64,000 bases of DNA from Vicugna vicugna (GCA_013265495.1 MU058824.1:3561111-3625110); one strand, 5' to 3'. Shown: positions 24,401 to 37,560, numbered from the stretch's first letter. Notes: generated by a model not told the origin, from the sequence alone. A program made the numbers and translations.

Positions 24401-27207
24401 GAATCCATCAGCTTTTACCAAGGAAGCATTAAAACAAATTGAAAAACAGAATAATCCCAGGCACTCTTTAACACAGTCAAAGCCATCTGGGTAATTAAAT
24501 AGTGGTATTTAAAGTTTTAATTTAGATTTTTCCCTCTGTTCATCCGTAGTCAAATGAGATGTTCATATTCATAACTGTTTGTAATAAAAGGTTTCATAAA
24601 GCAAGCAGAATATCAATGTTATTAAAATTTAATATAACATAGGGAGAGCTTTAATCTACAAAATAAAGTTTTTATTTTCCTATACCCTATTTTCTGGAAT
24701 TACATCAGAAATAAACTCTTTCTTCAAATGCTTAGGTTGCGATATTAAACTGTGATGATTTAAACCCCCAAATAACTATACAAGAGTGGATGACATGAAA
24801 TTCAACTTCATTATTGCTAATGTTGGAGAATAATAATATCTTTACCACTTTAAATTTGTTTTCACAAACTACATCCCTCCAGCAATTACTGTATAGAATT
24901 ATCAGATGTAATTATGAAAATAAAAGTTGGATTGATAAGATAACACCAGAGGTTAAAATAAGAATCTTGGGGTGGTAGGGGAGCACAGAGGCATTCTGTT
25001 ACCAAATAACTAATTCCATTTATATACTGATCAGGGAAATAAAGCAAGATTTAGAAACATAGCTCAAAAAGTATATCCTCTTAGTTAAGACATTACAGAT
25101 ACTTTGAATAAACTTAGAAAAGATACAGCAATAATGAAATCAGTTGAAAAAGCCACTCTGTCATAAAAATGTATAGCAATTTGAAAACACACAGCTCATT
25201 CAACATAATAAAACATTCACTATTTCCATTTCTGTATATCCAGAGAGAATATCTTGTTTGAAAATGTGTTAACACAAGAACAATCCAACATAAAGATTAA
25301 CTTAATGCCAGCACTGCTCACTACTAGGTAATTCATATTCTGAACTTAGATAGTATACTCAAATGTGTTAATGAGTATTACAATATGATTTTACGTTAAA
25401 CAACTGGATAATTTAAGTTTAGCACTATGCCACTTAGATACGGGTTTCAAATGTCTTTTAGGGGGGCAAAAATGAGAATAACTGATTCTTTATAAAATAT
25501 GAATTACAACACATACACACACACAAATATTACTGAGCAAATCTCATACCAAATATTAGTTAAGGATCTAAAAACTTTAAAGGTACTTTCATATAAAAGT
25601 GTTTATCATTTCCAGTTCCCACCTGGCTTTTCAACGCTGCTGATTTACTCTGCGCTGAGTCACAGAAGTGTCAGTCTGAAGACAGTGTTGGTAAATAAAT
25701 GTATAATCATATATTTCTTTAAAAGAATATGCAAGATAATAAACCAGAACATTCAGAATTGAAAAACTTTAGAAACAAGTTTCCAATAGGGAAAGGAAAA
25801 GAGATCCCAGGAGGTGAAAATTTGGCATACTGGTACAAATGGTCAGCAACAGCACAGCTAGGACTAAAATCCATGCATCCAGCCTATTCTTATAACATTC
25901 TGCTTGCAGATCAATGATCTAAAATATTTACTCAATATCTAGAGAAGTATAGTCATCAGATAAACATATTTCCAACAATAAAAAGCACATTCTGAATGTG
26001 ACAGCTTGTTAAGTTTCCAGACAGTATTATGATTCTTTTATCAATAAAGCAATTAACAAGAAGTTTTTATTTGCCTTGAACAATGTGCTTTGAAATTTTA
26101 ACCAGTATTTCTTAAAGTTGCTTACCTCCCTTAAACAAGGAAAAGGCATTGGTCAGGCCAAGCTGAGCTGTAATGATATTTATCTTCAAAATAGTGTGTA
26201 GGCAGTATTTTTTGTGGCTTAATTAAAATCATTACACAGTCTGAAACTAAATATTGGTCAAATACAAATTCAAAAGAAAGTTCAAAGTCAAATAAACAAT
26301 TTATGATTTTTCCTCATTATTCTTTCTTTGCACTAAACATTACTAAATCAATTTCATTTTTAGAAAGAAATCAGCATGAAAATATACATGTACTTGGATT
26401 ATTAATTTAAAATGATTTTTAAAAACCTGAAAAAAACTGAATATCCAAGAGTTTGATGAACTCTGAAATGCTCATTCTATATATTCTATAGAATACCATA
26501 TAGCTATTAAGAAGAAAAGACCAGCTCTATAATAATTAACCAAGGGATGCTACAGAATAATAAAAAAAAAAGTATGTCTCAGAGAAGTATATAAAAAACA
26601 ATGACCCAAACTACTTTGTGTATAAATGTTTATATGAATATGGAGAAATGTACAGAAGAATACAGATGGTATTAACACTTGTATAGTGCTAGCTTTTTAA
26701 AAGTACAGAAACTGTTAACACTGTGTGTTTGAGGGACAAGGTAGTGAGGAGAGAAAGGAATTTATTGACATTTTCTTGATCCTTAGTAATTCTTCCAATA
26801 AGTAATTTTCCCAATAAGGTGACCTGATCTATTCTGATAGATGAGTACTTTCAAGTAAGGCTGAGCTTCCTTAAACTAATAGAAAGGTCTTAAGATTTCC
26901 ACTGTTGGCAGAAATATTTACTAAGATTCTCTAAATTTCATTTCATCCCAATGATACAGACAGCCAACTCAAAAGGGGTGGGGGCGTGGAAGCAAGAAAC
27001 AAGACAACTATTTCACAATTACACCTTTCTTTTAGGAAAAACAATTTTTTTTAAGATCTCCTCTTTCCTAAAGTAGATGTACTAACCATTTTTAAGGTAT
27101 TATCAAGATAATGGCTGACTAAATCTATTACATCTGTACAGGAAGATTAAAAATAAAACTATTTCTCTTACAAGTAAAATAAATATTTTTTAGGTTATCT
27201 TTTAGCT

Positions 27208-27407
27208 TAGGGTTTCTCAATCTTGGTACATTTTGGGCTAGAAAATTCTTATTGTTGGGGGCTGCATTGTAGAATATTTAGCAGCATCCCTGGCCTCTAA
27301 CCTCTAGATGCCAATAGTATCTCCCCTCAGTTGTGACAACCAAAAATGTCTCCACATATCACCAAAAGGAATCCTGGGGCAAAAGCACCCCCAGATGAGA
27401 AACACTG
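27208..27407. mobile_element. MER20 hAT-Charlie MITE
   Basis: gtttctcaatcttgg...tttagcagcatccctggcctcta...tagatgccaatag...cagttgtgacaaccaaaaatgtctcca...gagaaacactg. Confidence 0.9.
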
Positions 27408-28449
27408 TTTTACTAACAGGTTTTCTGAAAGAAATGATTTTGAATGTTTTACACTTGCAACAGCGCTCCTTAACTGCCGGCTAGATAACAATTATTTATT
27501 AACATTCTATAGTGAAAAATGTTAAATATAATTAATTTCACATTATTAACATCATATTTCCAAGAGATAAAGACTCAAGCTTTAAAAGTGTGTGGAAATG
27601 AAAGAAGTCTCATTATGAAATATACTTCTTGCCTGCTAGGTAAATGCAAAGAAAATACCTCTACAATAAAAATGCATTAAAAATTTTAAAAAAGAAAGAA
27701 AATACCTCTAGTGTGAATCAAAGCAGCTTCAGAGAATTCAGTATTTGATGGCTAAGATGGAAGGAAAGTACTATGCATTTTTCAAAATTTTTGGTACTAT
27801 AAAACCAAAAGTTTTCAGTAATAGTTAAGGAAAGGAAAGTCTAAGTCACGATTTCATCAAGGAGCTGAAAAGGAAGGACTTTTAGGAAGGATGGGGAAAA
27901 AAAAACAGAAAAAAAAATTACAAAGACAGAACATAATCTGTCTTAGCTGCATATACAGGATGCATTATTAAGACAACAACAAAACTTACAGGTAAGACAA
28001 TCACATGTATGGCAAAATCACACCCTCCTATTAAACGTCATCAATATCTTAGAAGCATACATTCATGAAAAAATTTTGGCCGAAACTCAAGATTTAATAC
28101 TTATAATCTTTAGGAGAAGTATCTCTTTGTCTTTGCCCAGGATGCATATAATGTCATAAGTTAACAAAACATATATTAAATCTTAAAGATTTTTTTCATA
28201 TTCCCTGGAAGTTCTTTAGAACTAAACTTTAGTTTAAAATTGTCATTCTGTTACAGATAACCACCAAAACTCACTATATAAATGATCACCTGAAACATTA
28301 GCATTCCAGGCAGAGGAACTACAGAAAAAAGGAAAAAAGGAAAGCCACAAGAAAGTGTAAGTGTAGGGCTGTGAGGGAGTGTGTGTGTGTGACAGAGAGT
28401 GGAAGAGAGAGAGGAGTGGGTGGGTGGGTGCAGAGAGAGAGAGAGAATC

Positions 28450-28718
28450 ATAAACAATCTTACGGTTACAGGGTTGGAGGAAGGGGGTGGGAAGGGATAC
28501 ATTGGGAGTTTGAGAATGGCAAATATTAACTACTATATATAAAATAGATAAACAAATTTCTTCTGTATAGAGCAGGGAACTATACTCAATACCTTGTAGT
28601 AACCTATAATGAAAAAGAATATGAAAAGGAATATATGTATGTATATGTATGACTGAAATATGCTATACACCAGAAATTGATACATTGTAACTGACTATAC
28701 TTCAATTAAACAAAAAAA
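28450..28718 (+). mobile_element. Young 5'-truncated L1 3'UTR (cetartiodactyl/camelid type)
   Basis: gggtgggaagggatacattgggagtttgag...ctgtatagagcagggaactatactcaatac...acaccagaaattgatacattgtaactgactatacttcaatt plus A-tail; close paralog at 30267-30480. Confidence 0.9.
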
Positions 28719-29939
28719 GACAGACTGTCAGATACACAGACTGATCATAGGCTCAAACAAATGGAGTAACTTTCAAACATTCTTTTATTTAAGGAACGCT
28801 ATTTTAAAGAAAGTCAAATGTGCGCCCTAGAGACTCTGGTCAAAGAAGGAAGAGAGAGAGAGAATCCTGCCAACTTGACCCCCATCTCTCCAAAGGAATC
28901 CCTGAGAAGTGGCGAAGAACTCTGAAAACCAGTGGACCAGAGTAAAGGGAATATGAGGAGCTGAGAAATTTAAAAGGTAGGTTGGGAAATATACTGTGTA
29001 TTTAATATAACTTTAAATGCTGGTTTCAAGAATTATATTTTAGTGGCTATTGGGGAGCCACTGCAGGTGTCAAAACAGAGGAGGGAGAAGAATGATGTGA
29101 TTACACAGCAAATGAATGAAATAATATACAAGTTCATTATTAGACACCAGTCTTCAAAAATCTTGGTGTTTTCTATATTCTCTTTTTTATCCTACGAAAA
29201 ACCCAAGATGTAAGACTAGTACAAATAGTATGAGGGAGAAATATAAGTTTAAAGAAAGGATACATTTTAACATTACAAATACTAAGTGTTCATAAATATG
29301 GTTAATTCTACTTGATAAAGCATGCACTTTTTACATTGAGTCTCTTGAAGGCCCACAGCTGAAAATGCAGACTTTTAGGTGTCGTTCTCCATGTCAAGTG
29401 GCAACCAGTGGTCACCCCATCTGTCAGTTTGACAAGTACTCTCTCAGCATTCAGGGATAAAGTGCACATATATAACTCCCTTCCTGACAAAAGAGAGAGG
29501 GAAAAAAAAAAAAAAAAAAAGCCAGGGAGATGAGGGCCAGCCACTAGAGGGAAGACAATCAAGCTGGCAGGGAAGTACTGGAAATTGGCCACAACAAGAA
29601 ACTAGAGAGCCAGGAAAGGGTAAAAGAAAGCTTGCTCATGCTTTAAGGCAAAAACCAACCAACAAACAAAAGAGCTACTCATACAGCATGGAACCAAGTA
29701 GGCAAATAGAGAGAAAAAAAAATCTTGTCTTGATAGAAATGCCTTCTGACTTCATGTATTACTATCTGTCCAAGTAATCAGCCTACCAAATAATCCTCAG
29801 AACCAATACGTCCACTCCAATCCCTTCTCTACCAAGTATATTCCTTGTTAACTACTCTCCACATCTCTACAGAAATCTAAATGCTGTTATATGCCCACTG
29901 GTTTCCCTTATAAACACAAATGTTTCCTGTCCATCCTAT

Positions 29940-31030
29940 CTAATGTATTCCATTATGCACTCAAAGAAATGTTTACTCCCTGAGGGTCTAGCCAGGTACT
30001 ATTCTAGGCCCTGAGGATAGTGCAACCATCCAAAAGGTTTCTACTTTAGTAGGTAGGGTAAAAGCATTTAGTAAATACATACATACACAAATATATTCAT
30101 ACTTAGCACACAAAATATGTAACGTGGTAATACAATATATCAGGAAAAATAAAATAGGAAAAGAGGGATAGAGAATGATGGGGCTAAGGAGGAGATGCTA
30201 TTTTATATAGGAAAGACAGATATCCTTTTAGAAAAGATGACATTTGAGCAGAGATATGAAAGATGTGAGGGGGTGGGAAGGGATGAATTGTGAGTTCAAT
30301 TAAAGTAGATAAATAATAAGTTTCTTCTGTATAGCACAGGGAACTATATTCTATATTGTATAGTAAGCTATAATGAAAAAGAATATGAAACGAATATATG
30401 TATATGTATGACTGAAACATTATGCTGTACACCAGAAATTGACACATAGTAAATTGACTATACTTCAATTTAAAAAAAAGAAAAGGTGAGGGAGATAGCC
30501 ATTCAAATGTTAAGGAAAAAGCATAGCCAGGAGAGGGCATATTAGGTGTAAAAGCCCTAGGGCAGTAATGCACGTGCCACTTTCAAGAAGAAGTGGTGAG
30601 AGTGGCTGAATAGTATTATTATTATTAGTAGTAGTAAGTAACAGTGATAGAAGAGAAGATCAGAGAGGTAACAGAGAACCAGATCATACATAGCATTTTA
30701 TACCATGAAATGGATACTGGGTATTATTTTAAGTGAAGTGGAGAGCCACTGAAGAGTTTCATACAAAGGAATGACATCATCTGACTTAGGTTTAAAAGGA
30801 TCACTCTAGCTGGTTGATGGGAAAAGGCAGAGGAGGAAGAACAACTTAGGAACTACTACAATAATCCAGGCTATAATTGTGATTTAGACCAAGGTCACAA
30901 CAGTGCAGATGGTTAAGAAGTGATCAGATTCTGGCTCTTAATAATATTTCAAAGGTTGAAGCTGACTAGATTTGCTGATGATGTTGATGTGAGGTGTGAG
31001 TGTCAGAGAGAACTTCAGGATGACTAAGAA
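29940..31030 (-). mobile_element. L2 element, antisense, interrupted by an L1 3' end
   Basis: ccaggtactattctaggccctgaggatag, gacatttgagcagaga, gagccactgaagagttt, tttaaaaggatcactctagctg, caggatgact. Confidence 0.85.
30267..30480 (+). mobile_element. Young 5'-truncated L1 3'UTR, second copy
   Basis: Same family as 28450-28718 with a short internal deletion; imperfect TSD gaaagatgtgaggg / gaaaaggtgaggg. Confidence 0.9.
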
Positions 31031-31299
31031 TACTTCCAACCGTTCCTATCAGTATGACTGGTTTCACGTTCATTTACTCCTCCTCGAGGAACACGTAGTA
31101 TATGACCCCAAATCCAAAAAATACATCATTTGCTTTGAAGGTACCATCAAATATAATAATGAAGAGTCTCACCCATAACAGTGATGCTTAGTTATCAATA
31201 ACAGATACAATTATGCTCAGCATATTAAATTTAAAACAGCAGAATTACAATATAACATCACTTTTATAAAAATACATACTTTAAAAAAATACATATGTA

Positions 31300-31460
31300 C
31301 TTGTTAATAATTCTATGGCATTTACCAGGTTCCATGCATAGTTCTAAGTGCCTTGCATATACTAATCTTTAACCCTCCCCAAAACCTATGATATTTAATT
31401 TTATTACCCTTATTTTACAGATCTAGAAGCTCAGACTGAGATGTTAAATGACTTGCTTGA
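31300..31460 (-). mobile_element. MIR
   Basis: gttctaagtgccttgcatatac...attacccttattttacagat...gttaaatgacttgc. Confidence 0.75.
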
Positions 31461-31658
31461 AATCAGAAAATGAACAATACACATATAAACATGCATGAAT
31501 CATGTTGTACAGATGAAAAAATAGAACACCAAATGTTAATTGTGGTTATCTCCATGTGGTGGCAGTAACAGTGATATTTATTTCCTTCTTTGTGCTTTTT
31601 AAAAATTTTATAAAATATTTTGCAATTAAAGAAGAGACAGAAACAAGTAGAGTTCTGC

Positions 31659-31783
31659 CAGGAGAGGGTATATAGCTCAGTGGTAGAGTGCATGCTTAAC
31701 GTGCACGAGGTCCTAAGTTCAATCCTCAGTACCTCCATTTAAATAAATAAATAAACCTAATTACTCTTCCTCCCTCAAAAAAG
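31659..31783 (+). mobile_element. tRNA-Ala-derived SINE (camelid vic-1-like) with 14-bp TSD
   Basis: A box TAGCTCAGTGG, B-box-like GTTCAATCC, (aaat)n and A tail; TSD AAGTAGAGTTCTGC at 31645-31658 and 31784-31797. Confidence 0.92.
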
Positions 31784-31887
31784 AAGTAGAGTTCTGCTTC
31801 TGATAGTGATGGAGTGAGATCATATCAGACTAATTACCTCACAGAAAACAATTATAAGCTCTGTACAAAATATAAAAAAACAATTAC

Positions 31888-32653
31888 CCTTGAGTCTTGC
31901 TATTTATAAGCTATGTACCATAAAGTTACCATGAACACTGAATTAGCAAATACTAAACCACTGCTCCTAGAGGAAATATACAGTTGACTCTGAGCAAGGA
32001 TGGGGGCTAGGGATGCTGACCTTCTGCACAGTCAAAAACCCACGTATAACTTAGAGTTGGCCCTCCATATACATGGTTCCTCTGTAACCACAGTTTCTCC
32101 ATATCAGCAGATTCAACCAACTGCAGATCATGTAGTACTTCAGTATTTACTATTGAAAAAAAAATCTGCATATTAAGTGGACCCTTGCAGCTCAAGCCTG
32201 TGTTGTTCGAGAGTCAACTGTATTCACATACACACACACATACACTCCTCACACAGATTATAATCTTATATCCTAAAAACAGCTCATCTTTTTATTCTTC
32301 ATTTTACAAAAGAGAAAACAAGGTTCAGAGGTGTTAAGTGACTTGCCTGAGGCTGCCCCACAAACAGGTGCCAGAACTGGATTTCAAATTCTGTCCAACT
32401 AGCCCTATAGCTGCACTACATTGTACTGACCTCTGCCATCTCCATCCTCTGGTCACCATGCATGGAAGCTGAAACAAGAAGGCAGAGTATGGCTTGTTTG
32501 ACCTCAGGTGGGAGCATGTGCATCAGACAAATTTTTTGATTCTCTGCACATGTCTTCCAAAGTGCTGTGAGTATTGATTTTTAGGGTTATAAATAAAATG
32601 CAGTGAGTAGGTGAAATCCCAAATACAAAATTATGAATAGTAAGAATTGACTG
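31888..32653. mobile_element. MER82-like Tigger element with nested MITE and internal MIR-like segment
   Basis: gaacactgaattagcaaatactaaaccactgctcctagaggaaata (left) and gctgaaacaagaaggcagag...gagtattgatttttagggttataaataaa...gaattgactg-TA (right). Confidence 0.75.
31981..32220. mobile_element. Tigger2-type MITE (MER8/Tigger2a-like), 240 bp
   Basis: Perfect 11-bp terminal inverted repeats CAGTTGACTCT / AGAGTCAACTG flanked by TA on both sides. Confidence 0.92.
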
Positions 32654-32779
32654 TATATGAAGGCACTAGAAAATGATCAAAATCACACTTTTGGAGGTAT
32701 GTTAACACTTGGAAGAGAAGAACTGCATTGGGTTAGTTTCTAATTTTGTGTAGCAATTTACCTAAAGCTACCTCCAATA

Positions 32780-33990
32780 TAGTAACAGAAATGAGGAATG
32801 CCTTTGATGGAGTTATTAACATACTGTACACGCTAAAGAAAGAATCACAGAGCTTGAGAAGTCTCAGTATAAATCTGCAAAACTGAAATGCTAAGAGAAA
32901 TAAAAACAGAAGAAAAAAAAACAATAAAATATCTAAGAATTGTAGGGAAACTACAAAAGATACAAAATATAAATAATGAGACAAAAGGGGCAAAGGCAAT
33001 ACAATGGAGAAAAGATAGTCTTTTCAACAAAGGATGTTGGAAATACTGAACATTCACATGCAAAAAATGAATCTAGACACAGACCCTATACTCTTCACAA
33101 AAAATAATTCAAAATAGATCATAGACCTAAATATAAAATATAAAACTGTAAAATTCCTAGAAGATACCACAAGAGAAAATCTAGATAACCTTGGGTATAG
33201 CAGTGAAATTTTAGATACAATACAAAAGGCACAATCAATGAAAGAAATAATTGATTAGCTGTACTTCATTAAAATTAAAAATTTCTGCTCTGTGAAAGAC
33301 AAAATCAAGAGAATTAAAAGACAAGACATAGACTAGAAGAAAATATCTGCAAAAGATAACCTCTGATAAAAGACTGCTATCCAAAATATGTGAAACTCTT
33401 AAAACTCAACAATATGAAAACAAATAACCCAATTTTAAAATGGACAAAAGGTCTTAACAGATACTTCACCAAAGAAGAGATAAAGACAGCAAGTAAGCAT
33501 ATGAAAAGATGTTCAACATCATATGTCCACTGGAGAACTACAAAGTAAAACAACAATGAGATACCATTACACTCCTATTAGAGTGGCCAAAATCTGGAAC
33601 ACTGGCAGCACCAAATGACAAAGATGTGGAGCAAGAGGTACTCTCACTGACTGCTGGTGGGAATGCCAAATGGTACAGCCATTTTGGAAGAGGAGTGAAA
33701 CTATTCTGTATGATATTATAATGGTAGCATACATATCATGATACACATATCATTGCACACCAGAGTGAACCCTAACGTAAACTATGGACTTTGGGTGATA
33801 ACAATGTATCAATGTAGGCTCATTGATGGTAACAAATGTACTACTGTAGTATCAGATGTTGACAGCAGTGGAGGGAGGGTATGTGTGTGCTGGCAGGGGG
33901 CCAAGATGGGGAGTATATGGAAATTTTCTGTACTTCCTGCTCATTTTACTCTGAACCTAAAAACTATTTCAAAAAAATAAAGTTTATTAA
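32780..33990 (+). mobile_element. L1MC-like ORF2 3' part and 3'UTR
   Basis: caatggagaaaagatagtcttttcaacaa, gtacttcattaaaattaaaaatttctgctctgtgaaagac, gagtgaaccctaacgtaaactatggactttgggtgata. Confidence 0.9.
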
Positions 33991-36900
33991 TTTTCAAATG
34001 CTTGAAATAATTAAACTGATAGGAAATCACAGCAAAGAAATAGAAACCATTAAAAATGGAAATTTTAGAACTGAAATATATCTATTATTTTTTTTGAAAA
34101 ATCATTCATGGGCTAAACAGCAGTTTAGAGGTGATAAGGAAAAAACAAAGTCTGTGGGCATGAAGAAAGAGCAATAGAAATTATTCAACCTGACAAACAG
34201 CAAAAGAAAAAAGATTTTTAAAAAACAAAGCAACATCACCTGTGAGACACAGCAAGAGGCCTAACATTACTGGAATTTCAGAATAACTAGAAGCAAAAAA
34301 TGGAGCATAAAAAAAGATGATTATTTACTTATTACTTATTATTTATAAGTAAAACTTTACCAATTTAATACATTTCAATGACCTCTAGTCAGGATACATA
34401 CAAAGCAAACCACAACCACGCACATCATAGAGTCAAACTCCTAAAAGGTAAAAGTAAAGAGAAAATCTTGAAGGAGGCTAGAGAAAAATGACACATAACA
34501 TACAGAAAACAATATAAATGACCACTGACATATCATCAAAATGACAGAACATAATAGACAGAAACAGTAAAAGAAATAAAGTTGTTAAATGAGAATACTA
34601 TATACACCAAAATATATACTTTAAGAAAGAAAGCAATCTTGTATTTCCAACTATGATGGAATAACAAGGACTGTATGTATCTACCATCCCACTCTAAACA
34701 ATAAGAAAACAACACACAACATATGAAACACACTTTCAGACACAGAATAACAGAAAGGGCAGAACAGTGATCCTGGAGAGAAGGAAAACAGATGAAGCGA
34801 ATCTTAAGTGGCCTAACCTTATTGTGTTAAAGCTTCTAGGCCAGAGTTTAGGGAGGGGTGGCCAAATAAGAGCCTATCTGTCCCACTGAGTTGAAGAGAA
34901 AGACCACAGTTTCAGCAAGCCAAAGTAGCTAGAATTTCTAGGGCAAAATACCAGAGAGGAAGGGGCTACAAAGAGAAAAAGTTCCACATCTCTAAAGGGA
35001 GGTTTCATCGAGTTACCCACTAAATACCGATCTGTTTTCGTGTTGGAAAACTACCCAAACAAGGGCGAGAACCGAATTATGTGCTCTTGACAAGAAGAAC
35101 AATTTAAATGTAAGACATACATAGATTCAAAATTTAAAAACTGTGAAAAAGATGGCATCTAAAAATGAATCAAATGAAAGCTGGAGTGGCTGGCTATATT
35201 AATATCAGAAAGAGTAGACTGCAGAACAAAAAACAATGCCGGAGAAGAGAGAGGCATTATTATAATAATGACAAAGGAGTCAGCTCATCAAAACATAATA
35301 ATCCCAGCAAAAGGGATTCAAAATACATGAACTAAGAAGAGAGAAATGGGGCGGGGGGGGGGGGGAATAAAGCAAGATTTCAACACTCCTCTCTCAATAA
35401 CTAGTAAAAAAGTAAATTAAAAAACTCAATAAAGATTCAGTCAGAAGACTTGAACAACACTATCAAGCAACCTGATATACTGACTTTTAAGAAATTATCT
35501 ACTCAGCAAAAGCAGAGTCCTTTAGTAAAGACTTGAAAAGAATGTACATGGGTCATTAAGATAGACCTTTATTCTGGACCAAAGGAAGTCTCAATCAATT
35601 TTAGAAGAATTCAAATCATACAAAGGTTGTCTCCACCACAGTAAAATTAAATCCCCAAATATTTAACTAAACAACACTTTTATATAATTTACTGGCTAAA
35701 GAAAAAAAAATAAAACACAAGAGAAATTAGAATATATTTTGAACTGAATAAAAATGAAAAATAACCTAAGAAAACTAGGGGCATAAAGTTAAAGCAGTTC
35801 TTAGAAGGAAATCTAAAGCATTAATAAAAGAAGAAAAAGGCCTCAAATCAATGACAAGAATTTTCATCTTAAGAAATCAGGAAAAGGACAAATTAAATCA
35901 AAAGCTGCTCTTTGAAAAAGTTCAATAAAATGAGAAATGGCTAAACCAACCAATAGGAAAAGAAGACTGAGATGCAAATTACCACTGTTAGCAATAAAAC
36001 AGGAGACATCACTACAGATCTTACATACATGAAAAGCTTAATATTTAGGGGATGCTAGAAATAAATTTATGATCCAAAAAACTGACAATAAAATGGGCAA
36101 ATGTGCTGAAAGACAAACTACCAAAATTTAATCAAGAACAAAGATGAACTATCCCTATGTCTATTAAAGAAATTGAATTCATGGTTAAAAACTTTCGAAA
36201 GAAAGAAAGAGAGAAAGAGAGAGAAAGAAAGGAAGGAAGGAAGGAAGGAAGGAAGGAAGGAAGGAAGGAAGAAATCTCCAGGCTCAAATGATGTCACTAG
36301 TGAATTCTACAAAATTCTACACAAATTTCTTAAGGACTGCACAGAATTCTACACAAATGCTTCCAGAAAACAGAAGAGAATGCTTCCCAACTCATTTTAT
36401 GAGGTCAGCATTATCTTAATCCAAACCAGACAAACACATTAGAAGAAAAGAATGTTACAGCCAATATCCATCATGAACACAATACAAAAGAAATTTTTTT
36501 TAATTTAAGTAAATTGACCCCAGAAATATTTACAGTGGATAATATATGTCTACTGTTCACATGAACAAGTGGACTTTATCTGAAAAGAATTCAAGTGTGG
36601 TTTAATCAATGGTGAAAATCAACTTCACCATTTCAATCATAACCTAAATAATATTTACGAAACATTTTAAGAGATCACCACATGATTATCTCGTTATACA
36701 CAGAAAAAAATGCATGTAAAAAATCCAACGGCCATCACTATTAAAAATCTTCACTGAACTAAGAACAGAAAGGAACTACTGCAACCTGATAAAGGGCATG
36801 TGAAAACCCTGTAGCTAACCCGCAAGTATTAGAAAAGGAGAACCCCTTCACTCCAAGATCAGGAAGAAAACTAGAATGTATGCCCTCACCACTTCTATTC

Positions 36901-37200
36901 AATACTTTCTGGAGGTCCTGATTCAGTACAATAAAGCAATAAAGCAATAAATAAATAAATAAAGAAGCAAAACTGTCTTTACTTGCATATGACATGACAG
37001 GTTATGGAGACTATCCTAAAGATATTGCAAAAAGGCTACTAGAACTCACAACTGAGTTTAGCAAGGTTTACAGGAAAAAAAGACAATTAAGGAAAATTCC
37101 AATTTAAGTTTACCCTATCAACTAAAAATTGTAAACTAGATTAAAAGTACCACTTACAATCAAAAACAAAAACAAATACTTAGATAAATGACTATTTAAA
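33990..37200 (+). mobile_element. Mosaic of old L1 ORF1, 5' end and ORF2 fragments
   Basis: ORF1 remnants (agagaaaatcttgaaggaggctagagaaaaatgacac), 5' segment 34640-35050, ORF2 (aaagctggagtggct, ccaggctcaaatgatgtcactagtgaattctac, cttcccaactcattttatgagg, ccctcaccacttctattcaa). Confidence 0.85.
36196..36272. repeat. (GAAA)n/(GGAA)n purine microsatellite
   Basis: gaaagaaagaaagagagaaagagagagaaagaaa followed by a (ggaa)n run. Confidence 0.95.
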
Positions 37201-37379
37201 GTAAAATTTGCAACATTTTCTTCTGAGCTTTTAGTGAAAACACATGTGTTGTATATGACAACACAGCATAAAGGACTGAGGAGAAGGAAGGAATAAACAG
37301 AACTATATAGCTACACAAACCCATGCTGAGGTCAGAATATTATCTTTTCTTAAAAGAAACTAAGTGTTGAGTAGGTACT

Positions 37380-37560
37380 TGGACTACTTCATTTGATCAA
37401 CCCAAAATCCCTTTGAGAAAAGTATTAATAGCCCTATTTTACAAATGAGGAAACTAAAGCTCAGTCAGATTACACAACTTGTACAAGGTCATAGAGCCCA
37501 AAGCAACAAATCTGGGACTAGATATGGGTTCATCTGACTCTGAAGCTGATGAGTTGTTCA
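37380..37560 (-). mobile_element. MIR
   Basis: ccctattttacaaatgaggaaactaaagctcag...caaggtcatagag...catctgactctgaagc. Confidence 0.8.

Noticed and set aside
30184..30573. 129-aa minus ORF
   Set aside because: Spans the antisense of an L1 3'UTR inserted in L2
31659..31740. tRNA gene (also at 47935-48010 and 53350-53427)
   Set aside because: tRNA-Ala-like head but mismatched stems, variable anticodon triplets, non-tRNA A-rich tails and TSDs: SINE copies
36173..36442. KEGR-repeat ORF
   Set aside because: Translation of a (GGAA)n microsatellite fused to decayed L1 ORF2
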